Below, one piece after another: positions 50,507 to 62,740 of a DNA stretch of 64,000 nucleotides (the stretch's first letter is position 1; every line of letters starts with the position of its first letter). The notes below the pieces were generated by a model, which searched no databases, was not told where the DNA came from, and saw only the letters and a program-made list of their open reading frames with translations. This stretch comes from Alphaproteobacteria bacterium (GTDB lineage Bacteria > Pseudomonadota > Alphaproteobacteria > Bin95): contig OZ244041.1 of assembly GCA_965215305.1 (NCBI GenBank), positions 3,836,510 through 3,900,509 on the forward strand, read 5' to 3'. The position numbers and the translations under genes are program-made.

Positions 50507-50980
50507 TCAGTTTCTCGCGAGCTTGTCCGGGCACCAGCCCTTGCGTTTGCCGCCGCCATAGTGCCGTCCGTGGCCTGCCGCCAGCAGGGCGGCCGACAGC
50601 GATGCGCCGTCCAGGACGAGATCCGCGATGACGCGGCCGCCCCATTTGCCCCAGGCGGGGTCTCGGACGACGATAATGCGCGCCCCGCCGATCGCCGCTT
50701 CGGCAAAGGCCGTTGCTGCGGCGGCGGCCTGCCGTTCGGCATCGCATTTTGCCCGGCGGCCTTTCTCGGGCGTGTCGACGCCCCGCAACCGCACGGAGAG
50801 CGAGGCGAGCTCCGGCGGCAGGTCCGCGCCGGCATCGACCTTCACCGTGTCGCCATCGATGACGCGGACTACAGGCCAAGAGTAGTCCGCCGCCGGGAGC
50901 GGCGACGCCAGCAGGCAGGCGGCGAGCACAGCAACGGCCGCCGGCAACCGGATGTCTCCGCGTTTTGCGCCGCTTTCCAT
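50507..50980 (-). CDS. Secreted thermonuclease (staphylococcal-nuclease/SNase-like) family protein
   Basis: Signal peptide. SNase core VVRVIDGDTVKV...RLRGVDTPE. 157 aa. Confidence 0.65.
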   Translation of the reverse strand: MESGAKRGDIRLPAAVAVLAACLLASPLPAADYSWPVVRVIDGDTVKVDAGADLPPELASLSVRLRGVDTPEKGRRAKCDAERQAAAAATAFAEAAIGGARIIVVRDPAWGKWGGRVIADLVLDGASLSAALLAAGHGRHYGGGKRKGWCPDKLARN

Positions 50981-51028
50981 CCCGCGAGGCCCTCGCCATG
51001 GCGCTTCGAGAGCCAGTTATACACGATA

Positions 51029-51057
51029 GGCATATAGCTTTGCATATGCGGCATATG
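51029..51057. promoter_or_regulatory. AT-rich segment with three CATATG-type motifs, including the perfect palindrome GCATATGC, in the promoter region of the SNase-like gene
   Basis: ATAGGCATATAGCTTTGCATATGCGGCATATGAGG read directly. Local AT content is far above the window average. Confidence 0.4.
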
Positions 51058-51206
51058 AGGGCCGGCGACTCGACATGCGGGAAGCCGTGGTCAACTGGGA
51101 ACAGCATGACGGCGGCGTCCTCCGGGCGCCGCCTTTTCGAGCCAGGCGCGGGCAGAACGGGCGTCCATGACATTTCATGATGCCGGCCCCGGGACGGAAC
51201 GGGAGG

Positions 51207-53252
51207 TCAGAAATCCTTGCAGAGGCGCAGGGAGTCGTAGAGGGCGGCGTGGATATTGCGGCTGGCGACGGCGTCACCGACGCGGAAGAGCATGAAGGCG
51301 CCGTCCTCGCCCGACCCGGCCGGCTGCGGCCGGCCCGCGATGAGCGCGTCGATGTCCAGCGCCCCGCTATTCCGTGCAAGCGGGCGAAGCTCGTCGAACA
51401 GCGCCGCATTGGGAAGCGTGCCGTGCTCGACGACGACCTGGTCCACCAGCCGGGTTTCCTCCGCATCGTCATACACATTGCGGAGCGTGGCTTTCAGGCG
51501 GTTGCCCTCGCGCTCAACCCGGCGAAGCCGGCAGTCCGGCGTCATGCGCACGCCCATCCTGTAGAAGTTTGCGAGGTAAACGGGAAAATTGCTGGCGCCG
51601 ATCTCATGCGCGGCCATGCGGTCCGGCGTCGCCAGCTCCACCTTCGAACCGCGCGAGGCCAGGAAATCCACTGCGCTCGGGCCCTGATGGTCGCCATGGT
51701 CATCATAGACCAGCACTTCCGCGCCGGGCTCGACCTGTCTGCCCAGCACGTCCCAGACGCTGGCGACATGCTCGCTGCCCTCTACCCAGCCCGTGTTCGG
51801 CACGCCGCCGGTGGCGATGACCACGATGTCGGGCGCTTCGGCCAGGATGTCGTCGGCCTCGGCGTAACGGTTGAAATGCACCCTGGCGCCCAGATGTCCG
51901 ACCTCGGCGGCGAGCCACTCGGCAATGCCGAGCAGATCCCTTCTCCAGGGTGCCCGGGCCGCCAGCACGATCTGGCCGCCGGCCTGGCCTGCCGCTTCGA
52001 AGACGGTCACGGCATGCCCGCGAAGCGTCGAGACGCGCGCCGCCTCCAGCCCGGCGGGGCCCGCACCCACCACCACGACCTTGCGCCGCGGTCCGGAGCC
52101 CGGCCGGATAACATGCGGCATCGTCCGCTCGCGGCCCGTGGCAGGATTGTGCAGGCAGAGCGCGTCGGCGCCGGTATAGATACGGTCGAGGCAGTAGCCC
52201 GCGCCGACGCACGGGCGGATGCGCGCCTCCTCGCCGCGCAGCATCTTGGCCGCGATATGCGGGTCCGCCATGTGCGCGCGGGTCATCGCCACCATGTCCA
52301 CAAGGCCCTCGCGCACGCAATATTCCGCCGTCGCCAGGTCTGCGATGCGGGTGGCGTGGAAGACAGGCAGCCCGGTCTCGCGCTTCATGCCGGCCGCAAT
52401 GTCCACGAAGGGCGCGAGCGGACCCGCCATGGTCGGAATGGACTGTGCAAGACCCCGTTCGTCGCCAACCTGGCCGACGACGACATTCAGGAAATCGCAC
52501 CAGCCGGTGTCGGCATAGAGTTTTGCAAGCGCCAGGCAATCCTCCCGCGAGAGGCCGCCTTCCTTGAGCTCATCGCCGATCATTCGCAGGCCGACGAGGA
52601 AATCGTCTCCCACCCGGCGGCGGACCTCCTCCAGCACTTCAAGGCCGAAACGCGCCCGGTTCTCCAGGCTGCCTCCGTATTCGTCCGTCCGCCTGTTGAC
52701 GAGCGGCGTCCAGAACTGGTGGATGAGATGGCCGTAGGCGAGCAGCTCCGCGCCGTCGAGCCCGCCCTCCTTGCAGCGCAGCGCCGCATCGCCAAAGGCG
52801 CGCACGACCCGCCGAATGTCGTCCCGGTCCATCTCCTTGGGGAAGGAGCGGTGCGCGGGCTCGCGCACGACCGAGGGGGCAACGGGCGGCAGCCAGTCCT
52901 CCACGTCCCAGAGCGTGCGATGGCCCATATGCGTGATCTGGCACATGATGGCGCAACCGTGCCGGTGGATGCGCGCGGAGAACTCCCGAAGCACGGGGAG
53001 AATCGAGTCGTCGCCGATATAGATCTGGCCGAAGGCAGACGGCGAGTCCGGCGCGATATTGGACGACCCGCCGAACATGGTGAGCGCCAACCCGCCCTTC
53101 GCCTTCTCCTCGTGATAAAGCTGGTAGCGCTGCTTCGGATGCCGGTCTTCCACATAGCCCGGCGCATGGCTGGTGCTCATCAGGCGGTTCTTGAAGACCG
53201 CGTGCCGGATGCTGAACGGCTTGAGGAGGTTCGGGTAGCGGCTTCCGGTCAT
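51207..53252 (-). CDS. Old-yellow-enzyme (NADH:flavin oxidoreductase) domain fused to an FAD/NAD(P)-binding domain (2,4-dienoyl-CoA reductase / trimethylamine-dehydrogenase-like family)
   Basis: N-terminal OYE TIM barrel (…ITHMGHR…). Cys motif region RPCVGAGYCLDRIYTGADALC. Dinucleotide-binding motif VVVVGAGPAGLEAA. The start was set at MTGSRYP, 20 codons inside the ORF-track frame, and may be off by a few bases. Confidence 0.75.
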   Translation of the reverse strand: MTGSRYPNLLKPFSIRHAVFKNRLMSTSHAPGYVEDRHPKQRYQLYHEEKAKGGLALTMFGGSSNIAPDSPSAFGQIYIGDDSILPVLREFSARIHRHGCAIMCQITHMGHRTLWDVEDWLPPVAPSVVREPAHRSFPKEMDRDDIRRVVRAFGDAALRCKEGGLDGAELLAYGHLIHQFWTPLVNRRTDEYGGSLENRARFGLEVLEEVRRRVGDDFLVGLRMIGDELKEGGLSREDCLALAKLYADTGWCDFLNVVVGQVGDERGLAQSIPTMAGPLAPFVDIAAGMKRETGLPVFHATRIADLATAEYCVREGLVDMVAMTRAHMADPHIAAKMLRGEEARIRPCVGAGYCLDRIYTGADALCLHNPATGRERTMPHVIRPGSGPRRKVVVVGAGPAGLEAARVSTLRGHAVTVFEAAGQAGGQIVLAARAPWRRDLLGIAEWLAAEVGHLGARVHFNRYAEADDILAEAPDIVVIATGGVPNTGWVEGSEHVASVWDVLGRQVEPGAEVLVYDDHGDHQGPSAVDFLASRGSKVELATPDRMAAHEIGASNFPVYLANFYRMGVRMTPDCRLRRVEREGNRLKATLRNVYDDAEETRLVDQVVVEHGTLPNAALFDELRPLARNSGALDIDALIAGRPQPAGSGEDGAFMLFRVGDAVASRNIHAALYDSLRLCKDF

Positions 53253-53402
53253 GCTGGACGCCCCTCGGTTTCGGCTCGGCGAAGCATGGCGAAACCGGCA
53301 GGAGGCGGGCAAGCGCAGAAACGGGCGGCCCGGACTTCCGGGCCGCCCCGCGCGTTCGGCGCCGACGCCTGCCCGGCGGCCGGGCGCCGGCAGGCCCGGA
53401 CG

Positions 53403-54011
53403 TCAGGCGGAGGTCGGGCGCGCCTTCATGCGCTCGAACCAGGCGGTCACGTTCGCGTTCTCCGGCGCGACCTCCTGGCCGACCTGCTTGCCGAAGGCGA
53501 GGAAGCAGTAAAGCAGGATATCGGCAAGGCTGATGCGGTCGCCGCAGAGGAACTGCCTGCCGTCCATGAGCCCGTCGAGCCAGGCGATCTTGTCCTGCGC
53601 GATGGCCTTCAAGCCGTCCGACGCCTCCGGCAGGCAGCGCATCCGGTTCTGGAACATTTTGAGCCCCTCGCCATAGCGGAAGCCGGCGGCGAGCGGCTCG
53701 CAGATATTGAGATCGACGCGACGCGTCCACATGCGGGTCTCTGCGCGCTCTTCCGGCGTCGAGCCGATCAGCGGCGAGCCGCCCTGCCTGTCCGCCAGAT
53801 ATTCGCAGATCGCGGTGATCTCGGCGATATGGCTGCCGTCGTCGAGCTCCAGGCAGGGGCTCTGGCCGGACGGGTTCCTGGAAAGAAATTCGCCTTCCCG
53901 GTTCACGCCCTTGCGGATATCGACGGTTTCCTCAGGCAGTTCAATGCCGGCCTCGGCCATGAACATGCGCACGACATGCGGGTTCGGCCCGATGGATGTG
54001 TAGAGCTTCAT
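53403..54011 (-). CDS. Glutathione S-transferase
   Basis: 202 aa. N-terminal thioredoxin-like fold MKLYTSIGPNPHVVRMF...SRNPSGQSPCLELDDG. Confidence 0.8.
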   Translation of the reverse strand: MKLYTSIGPNPHVVRMFMAEAGIELPEETVDIRKGVNREGEFLSRNPSGQSPCLELDDGSHIAEITAICEYLADRQGGSPLIGSTPEERAETRMWTRRVDLNICEPLAAGFRYGEGLKMFQNRMRCLPEASDGLKAIAQDKIAWLDGLMDGRQFLCGDRISLADILLYCFLAFGKQVGQEVAPENANVTAWFERMKARPTSA

Positions 54012-54044
54012 GGGGGAGCGTCCTTCCTTCCGTAGTCGGTGTCT

Positions 54045-55454
54045 TCAGACGTGGATCGGGCGAGCGTCCACGGCGAGCGCCGCTTCCTTCACCGCCTCGT
54101 TCAGGGTGGGATGGGCATGGCAGGTGCGCGCAATGTCCTCGGCCGAGGCGCCGAACTCCATCGCCAGCGCCGCTTCGGCGATCATCGTGCCGGCATCCGC
54201 GCCCAGGATATGCACACCGAGCACCCGGTCGGTGCGCTTGTCGGCCAGAATCTTCACGAAACCCTCGGTCTCGCCGCTGCACCGGGCGCGGCTGTTGGCC
54301 TGGAACGGGAAGCGCCCGACGGCATATTCGATGCCCGCCTCCTTGAGCGCCTCCTCCGTCCGACCGACTGCCGCCGCCTCCGGCCATGTATAGACCACGC
54401 CCGGAATCGCATCATAGTCGATATGGCCGGACTGGCCGGCGATGATCTCCGCGCAGACAGCCCCTTCGTCCTCGGCCTTGTGCGCCAGCATCGGGCCCCG
54501 CACCACATCGCCGATGGCGTAAATGCCGGCCACGCTTGTGCGGAACCGGTCGTCAATGCCGATCCGGCCCTGGGCGTCCGTCTCGATGCCGACGCTGTCG
54601 AGCCCGAGCCCCGCCGTATAGGGCCGCCGCCCGACCGCAACCAGCACTGCATCGGCCTCCACGACCCCGGCCTTGCCCGAAGCCAGGCTCTCGACCGAAA
54701 GAGCGACGCCAGCCTCGCCGGTCTCCACGCCCGTCACCTTGTGGCCAAGCATGAATGAGAAGCCCTTTTTCGCGAGGATGCGGCGCATCCACTTGGAAAC
54801 ATCGCCGTCCATATTGGGGAGGATGCGGTCAAGGAACTCGACCACCGTCACCTTCGCGCCAAGACGGCTCCAGACGACCGCCATTTCCAGCCCGATATAG
54901 CCGCCGCCGATAACGGCCAGGCGCTCCGGCACGGCGTCGAGCGCGAGCGCGCCGGTGGAGGACAGGATGCGCGCCTCGTCGATCTCGATGCCCGGCAGGC
55001 CTGCCGGCTCGGACCCCGTGGCGATAACGATGTTGCGGGCCTCCAGGGTGCGGGCCTCGCCGTCTTCGGGCGTGACCTCGACGCGGCCGGGCCCGGCGAT
55101 CCGGCCCGCGCCCGTGACATGCTCGACCTTGTTCTTGCGGAACAGGAAGCCGATGCCTTTCGTCAGGTCCTGCACGACCTTGTCCTTGCCCGCCATCATG
55201 GCGGCGAGATCGACTTCGACGCCGCCGGGAACCATGATGCCGCGCTTGGCGAAGCCATGCTGCGCCTGCTCGAAGAGATGCGTGCTGTGCAGCAATTCCT
55301 TGGACGGGATGCAGCCGACATTCAGGCAGGTGCCGCCGAGCGTCGCGCGTTTCTCGACGCAGGCGGTGCGGAGGCCCAGCTGCGCCGCCCGGATCGCCGC
55401 CACATAGCCGCCCGGTCCGCCGCCGATGACGACGACATCGAAGCTGTCGGTCAT
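54045..55454 (-). CDS. lpdA: Dihydrolipoyl dehydrogenase (E3)
   Basis: GGGPGGYVAAIRAAQLG. Redox disulfide GGTCLNVGCIPSK. 469 aa. Confidence 0.9.
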   Translation of the reverse strand: MTDSFDVVVIGGGPGGYVAAIRAAQLGLRTACVEKRATLGGTCLNVGCIPSKELLHSTHLFEQAQHGFAKRGIMVPGGVEVDLAAMMAGKDKVVQDLTKGIGFLFRKNKVEHVTGAGRIAGPGRVEVTPEDGEARTLEARNIVIATGSEPAGLPGIEIDEARILSSTGALALDAVPERLAVIGGGYIGLEMAVVWSRLGAKVTVVEFLDRILPNMDGDVSKWMRRILAKKGFSFMLGHKVTGVETGEAGVALSVESLASGKAGVVEADAVLVAVGRRPYTAGLGLDSVGIETDAQGRIGIDDRFRTSVAGIYAIGDVVRGPMLAHKAEDEGAVCAEIIAGQSGHIDYDAIPGVVYTWPEAAAVGRTEEALKEAGIEYAVGRFPFQANSRARCSGETEGFVKILADKRTDRVLGVHILGADAGTMIAEAALAMEFGASAEDIARTCHAHPTLNEAVKEAALAVDARPIHV

Positions 55455-55465
55455 GGAGTTTCTCC

Positions 55466-56659
55466 TCAGACGTCGAGCAGCAGGCGCTCGGGATTCTCGA
55501 TTGCTTCCTTGACGCGCACCAGGAAGGTGACCGACTCAGAGCCGTCGATGATCCGGTGGTCGTAGGAGAGCGCCAGATACATCATCGGCCGGATCTCCAC
55601 CTTGCCGTCCACCGCTACAGGCCGGTCCTCGATCTTGTGCATGCCGAGAATGCCGGATTGCGGCGGATTGAGGATCGGCGCCGACATGAGCGAGCCATAA
55701 ACGCCGCCATTGGAGATCGTGAAGGTGCCGCCGGTGAGGTCGGCCATCGACAGCTTGCCGTCCCGCGCCCTTGCGCCGAGATCGGCGATGCTGCGCTCAA
55801 CCTCGGCGAAACTCATCGCGTCCGCATCCTTCAGCACCGGCACCACAAGGCCCTGCGCCGTGCCGACCGCCACGCCGATGTCGTAATGGTTTTTGTAGAT
55901 GATGTCGTCGCCGTCGATCTCGGCATTCACCGCCGGGATTTCCCTGAGCGCGCCGATGCAGGCCTTGACGAAGAAAGACATGAAGCCGAGCCGCACGCCG
56001 TGGCGTGCCTCGAACGGGTCGCGGTAGCGCCGGCGAAGCGCCATCACGCCGCTCATGTCCGCCTCGTTATAGGTGGTAAGCATGGCGGCGGTGTTCTGGG
56101 CGTCCTTGAGCCGCTCGGCGACGCGCCGGCGCAAGCGCGACATCCGCACCCGCTCCTCGCGCGGATGATCCGGCCGCGGCGCCCGCGGCGCAGCCGGAGC
56201 GGCAGGGGCCGGCGCGGGAGCAGGCGGCGGCGCGGCGGCGGCCTCGATATGAGCGAGCACGTCGCCCTTGGTGATCCGCCCGTCCTTGCCGGTGCCAGCG
56301 ACGGCCTCGGGCGCGAGCGCGTTGTCCGCCAGCAGCTTGCGCGCCGCCGGGGAGAGCGGCGGCGCATCGGAGGCCGCAGGCGCCGGATCCGCGGCCTTTG
56401 GCGCGGCGCTGGCAGGCGCGGCGCCCGCCGCCATACGGCCCAGAACGGCACCCACCTCCACTTCCTCGCCTTCGCCAGCGAGTATTTCCTCGAGCACGCC
56501 GCTCCGGGGCGCCGGCACCTCGACCGTGACCTTGTCGGTTTCGAGCTCGACCAGCGGCTCGTCCGCGTTCACCGCGTCGCCCGGCGCCTTCATCCAGCGG
56601 GCGACCGTCGCTTCGCTGATGCTCTCGCCGAGTTGCGGCACATGGATCTCGATCGCCAT
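55466..56659 (-). CDS. sucB: Dihydrolipoyllysine-residue succinyltransferase (E2 of 2-oxoglutarate dehydrogenase)
   Basis: Lipoyl domain ([12 protein letters not shown]). Ala/Pro-rich linker. Catalytic domain (…SYDHRIIDG…). The start was taken at [12 protein letters not shown]. The ORF-track frame extends 11 codons further upstream. Confidence 0.85.
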   Translation of the reverse strand: MAIEIHVPQLGESISEATVARWMKAPGDAVNADEPLVELETDKVTVEVPAPRSGVLEEILAGEGEEVEVGAVLGRMAAGAAPASAAPKAADPAPAASDAPPLSPAARKLLADNALAPEAVAGTGKDGRITKGDVLAHIEAAAAPPPAPAPAPAAPAAPRAPRPDHPREERVRMSRLRRRVAERLKDAQNTAAMLTTYNEADMSGVMALRRRYRDPFEARHGVRLGFMSFFVKACIGALREIPAVNAEIDGDDIIYKNHYDIGVAVGTAQGLVVPVLKDADAMSFAEVERSIADLGARARDGKLSMADLTGGTFTISNGGVYGSLMSAPILNPPQSGILGMHKIEDRPVAVDGKVEIRPMMYLALSYDHRIIDGSESVTFLVRVKEAIENPERLLLDV

Positions 56660-56678
56660 CGCCTGGTCTCTCCTCCGG

Positions 56679-59531
56679 TCAGCCCGCGCCAAGCGCCTCG
56701 GCGACCAGTGCCTTCTGCTCGAAATTATGCCGGGTCAGCAGCCCTGTCGCCGGCGACGCCGCCTCTCGCCGGCCGACAAAGCGGGGCCGGCGCGTCTTGC
56801 CGCCGATTTCCTCCAGCACCGCCTCGATGCGCCGGTCCACGAAGGTCCAGGCCCCCATGTTCTGCGGCTCCTCCTGGCACCAGATGATCTCCGCCTCGGG
56901 ATAGCGCGCAAGCTCCTCGGCAAGCGTGCCCTCGGGGAAGGGGTAAAGCTGCTCGACGCGCAGGAGCGCCACGTCGCGAATCTTCTCCTCGCGGCGCCGC
57001 TGCAGCAGGTCGTAATAGACCTTGCCCGAGCAGAGCACGACCCGCTTGATCGCCTTGCCCGCGTCAATCCCGTCGATCTCCGGCATGACGCGGTGGAAGG
57101 AACTGCCCTCGGCAAGCTCGTCGAGGCCGGACACGCAGAGCCTGTGCCGCAGCAGCGATTTCGGCGTCATCACGATGAGCGGCTTGCGGAACTCCCGCTT
57201 CACCTGGCGGCGCAGCGCATGGAAATAGTTTGCCGGCGTTGTCGGATAGACAACCTGCATATTGTCCTCGCCGCAAAGCTGGAGATAGCGCTCCAGCCTG
57301 GCGGAGGAGTGCTCCGGCCCCTGGCCTTCGTAACCGTGCGGCAGCAGCATGACCAAGCCCGACATGCGCAGCCATTTCGACTCGCCGGAGGAAATGAACT
57401 GATCCATCACCACCTGCGCGCCATTGGCAAAATCGCCGAATTGCGCCTCCCACATCACCAGCGCATGCGGCTCGCTTTGCGAATAGCCGTATTCGAAGCC
57501 CAGCACGGAGGCTTCGGCGAGCGGGCTGTCGATGATCTCGACCCGGCCCTGGTCCGGCCCGATGTGCTGGAGCGGGACATATCTGCTCTCGTCCGTCTGG
57601 TCGCGCAGCACGGCATGGCGTTGCGAGAAGGTGCCGCGCCCGCAGTCCTGGCCGGAAAGGCGCACGGGAATCCCCTCCTCCGCGAGCGTGCCGAAGGCAA
57701 GAGCCTCCGCCGTCGCCCAATCGAGCCCCTCGCCGGTTTCGAACACCTTCGCCCGCTGCCGGAACTGGCGCGCAATCTTGGAGTTGAGATTAAAGCCCTC
57801 CGGCACGTTTGTCAGGCGGCTGCCGACCGCCTTTAGCCGGTCGAGAGGGACCGCGGTGGAACCGCGCCGGTCGCCTTCCCTCGCCACCTCGATTCCGCTC
57901 CACGCCCCTTCCAGCCAGTCTGCCTTGTTGGGCTTGTAGCTGTTTGCGGCCTCGAAATCGCGGTCGAGTTGTTCCCGGAAACTCTCGACAATGCCGTCCG
58001 CCTCCTCCCGGGTCAGGAGGCCCTCCGCGGCCAGCCGGTCCGCATAGATGGCCCTTGTCGTCGCATGCCTGTCGATAGCGTCATACATGAGCGGCTGAGT
58101 GAAGGCCGGCTCGTCCGCCTCATTGTGCCCCTGGCGGCGATAGCAATAGATGTCGATAACGACATCGCGCTTGAAGCGGAAACGGAATTCGGTGGCGATC
58201 CGCGCGACATGCACCACCGCCTCGGGGTCGTCGCCGTTCACATGGAAGACGGGCGCCTGAACGATCTGCGCCATGCCGGAGCAATAGGGGCTGGAGCGCG
58301 AGTCCGTCGGCGAGGTGGTGAAGCCGATCTGATTGTTGATAACCACATGGATGGTGCCGCCGACCTTGTAGCCCTTGAGCTCGGAGAGCTCGAAGGTCTC
58401 CGCAACGAGTCCCTGACCGATAAACGCCGCATCGCCATGCAGCAGGATCGGCATGACCTTGTCGCGCTCATTGTCGCCGCGCTGCTCCTGCTTGGCCCGC
58501 GCCCGCCCGATGACGACGGGGTTGACGATCTCGAGATGGCTGGGATTGGGGCAAAGCGAGAGATGGATGACATTGCCGTCGAATTCGCGGTCCGACGACG
58601 TGCCGAGATGGTATTTCACATCGCCCGAGCCCTGCACGTCCTCGGGATTCGCCGGCTGACCCTGGAACTCGGAGAAGATCGCCTGGAACGGCTTGCCCAT
58701 GAAATTGGCAAGCACATTCAGCCGCCCGCGATGGGCCATGCCGATCACCGCCTCTTCCAGGCCCATTTCACCGCCGCGCTTGATGATCTGCTCCAGCGCC
58801 GGAATCAGCGCCTCGCCGCCTTCCAGCCCGAAGCGCTTGGTGCCGATATATTTGCGGTCGAGGAAATGCTCGAAGACCTCGGCTTCCGTCAGCCGCTCCA
58901 GAATGGCGCGGCGCCCGCGTTCGGTGAACTCGGTGCGGTTGAGCGGCCGCTCGATGCGCCTCTGGATCCAGGCCTTCTGGTCCGGGTCCTGGATATGCAT
59001 GAATTCGACGCCGATGCTCGAACAGTAGATGTCGTGCACGGCCGCCACGATTTCGCGCATGGTGGCCCGCTCGCGGCCGAGCACACCGTCGATAAAGATC
59101 GGGCGGTCCCAGTCGTCCTCGCCGAAACCGTAGGTCGCAGGATCGAGTTCGGGGTGGTGTTCCGGTTCGTGCAGGCCCAGAGGGTCAAGCCTGGCGTAGA
59201 GATGGCCGCGCACCCGGTAGGCGCGGATCAACATCAGCGCGCGGATCGAGTCGAGCGTCGCCTGCCGCCCGCCCTCGACGAACGCCTCAACGGCCCCGTT
59301 GCGCGCGGGCGCCGCGTCATGGCCATTGCCGATCACCTGCGGGCGCATCCGGCCCCAGGCAGCGGGCGCGGACGCCTTATGCGCGCGTCCATTCGATTTC
59401 AGTTCGGCGAAAAAGATCGTCCAGCTTTCGTCGACCGAAGTCGGGTCGCGCAGATATTGCTCGTAAAGCTCCGCGATGAAGACGGCATTGCCGCCATGTA
59501 GAAAATCGTCCGCCGCAGAAGAGACCGCCAT
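56679..59531 (-). CDS. sucA: 2-oxoglutarate dehydrogenase E1 component
   Basis: 950 aa, with TPP-binding and transketolase-like domains. Confidence 0.9.
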   Translation of the reverse strand: MAVSSAADDFLHGGNAVFIAELYEQYLRDPTSVDESWTIFFAELKSNGRAHKASAPAAWGRMRPQVIGNGHDAAPARNGAVEAFVEGGRQATLDSIRALMLIRAYRVRGHLYARLDPLGLHEPEHHPELDPATYGFGEDDWDRPIFIDGVLGRERATMREIVAAVHDIYCSSIGVEFMHIQDPDQKAWIQRRIERPLNRTEFTERGRRAILERLTEAEVFEHFLDRKYIGTKRFGLEGGEALIPALEQIIKRGGEMGLEEAVIGMAHRGRLNVLANFMGKPFQAIFSEFQGQPANPEDVQGSGDVKYHLGTSSDREFDGNVIHLSLCPNPSHLEIVNPVVIGRARAKQEQRGDNERDKVMPILLHGDAAFIGQGLVAETFELSELKGYKVGGTIHVVINNQIGFTTSPTDSRSSPYCSGMAQIVQAPVFHVNGDDPEAVVHVARIATEFRFRFKRDVVIDIYCYRRQGHNEADEPAFTQPLMYDAIDRHATTRAIYADRLAAEGLLTREEADGIVESFREQLDRDFEAANSYKPNKADWLEGAWSGIEVAREGDRRGSTAVPLDRLKAVGSRLTNVPEGFNLNSKIARQFRQRAKVFETGEGLDWATAEALAFGTLAEEGIPVRLSGQDCGRGTFSQRHAVLRDQTDESRYVPLQHIGPDQGRVEIIDSPLAEASVLGFEYGYSQSEPHALVMWEAQFGDFANGAQVVMDQFISSGESKWLRMSGLVMLLPHGYEGQGPEHSSARLERYLQLCGEDNMQVVYPTTPANYFHALRRQVKREFRKPLIVMTPKSLLRHRLCVSGLDELAEGSSFHRVMPEIDGIDAGKAIKRVVLCSGKVYYDLLQRRREEKIRDVALLRVEQLYPFPEGTLAEELARYPEAEIIWCQEEPQNMGAWTFVDRRIEAVLEEIGGKTRRPRFVGRREAASPATGLLTRHNFEQKALVAEALGAG

Positions 59532-59569
59532 TGCCTCGTTACCTTCCTTTCCGCCTCCCTGCCGGCGCG

Positions 59570-60445
59570 TCAGCGGCCGAGGGCCTCAAGCATGGTCTCG
59601 CCGAGCGCAGCCGGCGAGCGGCTGACCAGAATACCGGCTTCGGCAAAGGCCCCAGTCTTGTTCTCCGCTGTGCCCTTGCCGCCCGAAACGATGGCCCCGG
59701 CATGGCCCATGCGCTTGCCGGGCGGCGCCGATGCCCCGGCGATGAAACCCACTGCCGGCTTGCGGTTCGGCAGGCCGGCGTAGAACGCCGCCGCATCTTC
59801 CTCCGCGCTGCCGCCGATCTCGCCAATGATGACGATGCCCTCGGTTTCCGGGTCGTCGTGGAAGAGTTTGAGGCAATCGATGAAATCGGTGCCGTTCACC
59901 GGATCGCCGCCGATGCCGATGCAGGTGGACTGGCCGAGGCCGGCGGCGGTGGTCTGGGCGACGGCCTCATAGGTCAGCGTGCCGGAGCGCGACACGATGC
60001 CGATGCGCCCGCGCCGATGGATATGGCCGGGCATGATGCCGATCTTGCACGCATCAGGCGTAATTGCCCCCGGACAGTTCGGCCCGATCAATCGTGAGCC
60101 GGAGCCGGCAAGAGCCCGCTTGACGCGCACCATGTCCAGTACCGGCACGCCCTCCGTGATGCAGACGATGAGCGGGATTTCAACCGCCGCCGCCTCCAGC
60201 ATCGCATCAGCTGCGAAGGGCGGCGGCACGTAGATGACCGTTGCGTCGGCCCCGGTTTCGGCCTTCGCCTCGGCGACCGTGTCGAACACCGGCAACCCAA
60301 GGTGACGACGGCCGCCCTTGCCGGGCGCGACCCCGCCGACCATTCGCGTGCCGTAGTCGATGGCCTGCTGGGAATGGAAGGTGCCCTGCCTGCCGGTGGC
60401 GCCCTGGCAGATCACGCGGGTGTTCTCGTCGATCAACACCGCCAT
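59570..60445 (-). CDS. sucD: Succinate--CoA ligase [ADP-forming] subunit alpha
   Basis: 291 aa from [15 protein letters not shown]. CoA-binding and phospho-His loop (SRSGTLTYE…). Confidence 0.9.
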   Translation of the reverse strand: MAVLIDENTRVICQGATGRQGTFHSQQAIDYGTRMVGGVAPGKGGRRHLGLPVFDTVAEAKAETGADATVIYVPPPFAADAMLEAAAVEIPLIVCITEGVPVLDMVRVKRALAGSGSRLIGPNCPGAITPDACKIGIMPGHIHRRGRIGIVSRSGTLTYEAVAQTTAAGLGQSTCIGIGGDPVNGTDFIDCLKLFHDDPETEGIVIIGEIGGSAEEDAAAFYAGLPNRKPAVGFIAGASAPPGKRMGHAGAIVSGGKGTAENKTGAFAEAGILVSRSPAALGETMLEALGR

Positions 60446-60449
60446 GGCC

Positions 60450-61616
60450 TCAGCCCTCCCCGACCGCCGCAACCACCCTTGCCGCCGCCTCGCCCAGGTC
60501 ATCGGCAGCGGTGATCGGCAGCCCGGACCGGGCGAGGATGCGTTTTCCCTGATCGACATTGGTACCTTCGAGGCGCACCACCAGCGGCACGTCGAGGCTC
60601 ACCTCCCGCGCAGCCTCGACGACGCCGGCCGCAATCACGTCGCACTGCATGATGCCGCCGAAGATATTGACCAGGATCGCCTCGACATTCGGGTCGGACA
60701 GGATGATCTTGAACGCGCTGACGACACGCTCCTTGTCGGCGCCGCCGCCTACATCGAGGAAATTGGCGGGCTCGGCGCCGTGCAGCTTGATGATATCCAT
60801 TGTCGCCATGGCAAGGCCGGCGCCATTCACCATGCAGCCGATATTGCCGTCGAGCTTGACATAGCTGAAGCCCAGCGCCTCCGCCTGCCGCTCCACCGGC
60901 GTTTCCTCATCGTCGTCGCGCAGCTCCTCCACGCCGGGTTGCCGGAACAGCGCGTTGTCGTCAAAGCTCATCTTGGCGTCGAGAGCGAGAAGCGCGCCGC
61001 TTCCGGTCACGACAAGCGGGTTGATCTCGATCAGCCCGGCGTCGAGTTCCGTGAACGCCCTGTAGAGATTGGCTAGCAATGCCGCCGCTGCGCGGGCCTT
61101 GGCCGCCCCGAGATCGAAGGCGGCCGCCAGACGACGGCCGTGATGCGGCTGCACCCCGGTCGCCGGGTCGATCGAAAAGGTCGCGATCTTTTCCGGCGTT
61201 GCTTCGGCCACCTCTTCGATATTCATCCCGCCCTCGGTGGACGCGACGACGGTCATGCGGCCGACGGTCCGGTCCACGAGCATGGAGAGATAGAGTTCGC
61301 GGGCGATGTCGCAGCCTTCCTCGACATAGATCCGCTTGACCGTCTGCCCCTCCGGCCCCGTCTGGTGCGTCACAAGCGTGCCGCCCAGGAGCCCTGTCGC
61401 CGCGTCATGCACTTCTCGGACCGAGCGCACCACCTTGACGCCGCCGGCCTTGCCGCGCCCGCCGGCGTGGATCTGCGCCTTGACGACCCAGACCGGGCCG
61501 CCGAGCTTCTCGGCGCCCTCGACAGCCTCGTCCACCGTATAGGCGACATGGCCGCGCGGCACCGGCACATCGAAGCGCGCTAGTACGCCCTTCGCCTGGT
61601 ATTCATGAATATTCAT
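60450..61616 (-). CDS. sucC: Succinate--CoA ligase [ADP-forming] subunit beta
   Basis: [25 protein letters not shown]-grasp domain. 388 aa. Confidence 0.9.
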   Translation of the reverse strand: MNIHEYQAKGVLARFDVPVPRGHVAYTVDEAVEGAEKLGGPVWVVKAQIHAGGRGKAGGVKVVRSVREVHDAATGLLGGTLVTHQTGPEGQTVKRIYVEEGCDIARELYLSMLVDRTVGRMTVVASTEGGMNIEEVAEATPEKIATFSIDPATGVQPHHGRRLAAAFDLGAAKARAAAALLANLYRAFTELDAGLIEINPLVVTGSGALLALDAKMSFDDNALFRQPGVEELRDDDEETPVERQAEALGFSYVKLDGNIGCMVNGAGLAMATMDIIKLHGAEPANFLDVGGGADKERVVSAFKIILSDPNVEAILVNIFGGIMQCDVIAAGVVEAAREVSLDVPLVVRLEGTNVDQGKRILARSGLPITAADDLGEAAARVVAAVGEG

Positions 61617-61730
61617 CGGACGCTGCGCCGCCCGCGCATTATTGCCATGCGACCCGCTCCGTCTTGCTGTCGTGCCGCCGTCGCGGCGGGGCGATCGCCC
61701 GCATTGGGGAAATCGGCCCCATCACCCGCG

Positions 61731-62702
<972 letters not shown>

Positions 62703-62740
62703 TCACCCCAATCGTCGCGACGCCGCTGCGGACCCGCAAC

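Noticed and set aside
51177-54035. 952-aa plus-strand ORF
   Set aside because: It is antisense to the OYE-FAD oxidoreductase and GST genes, with no domain signatures.
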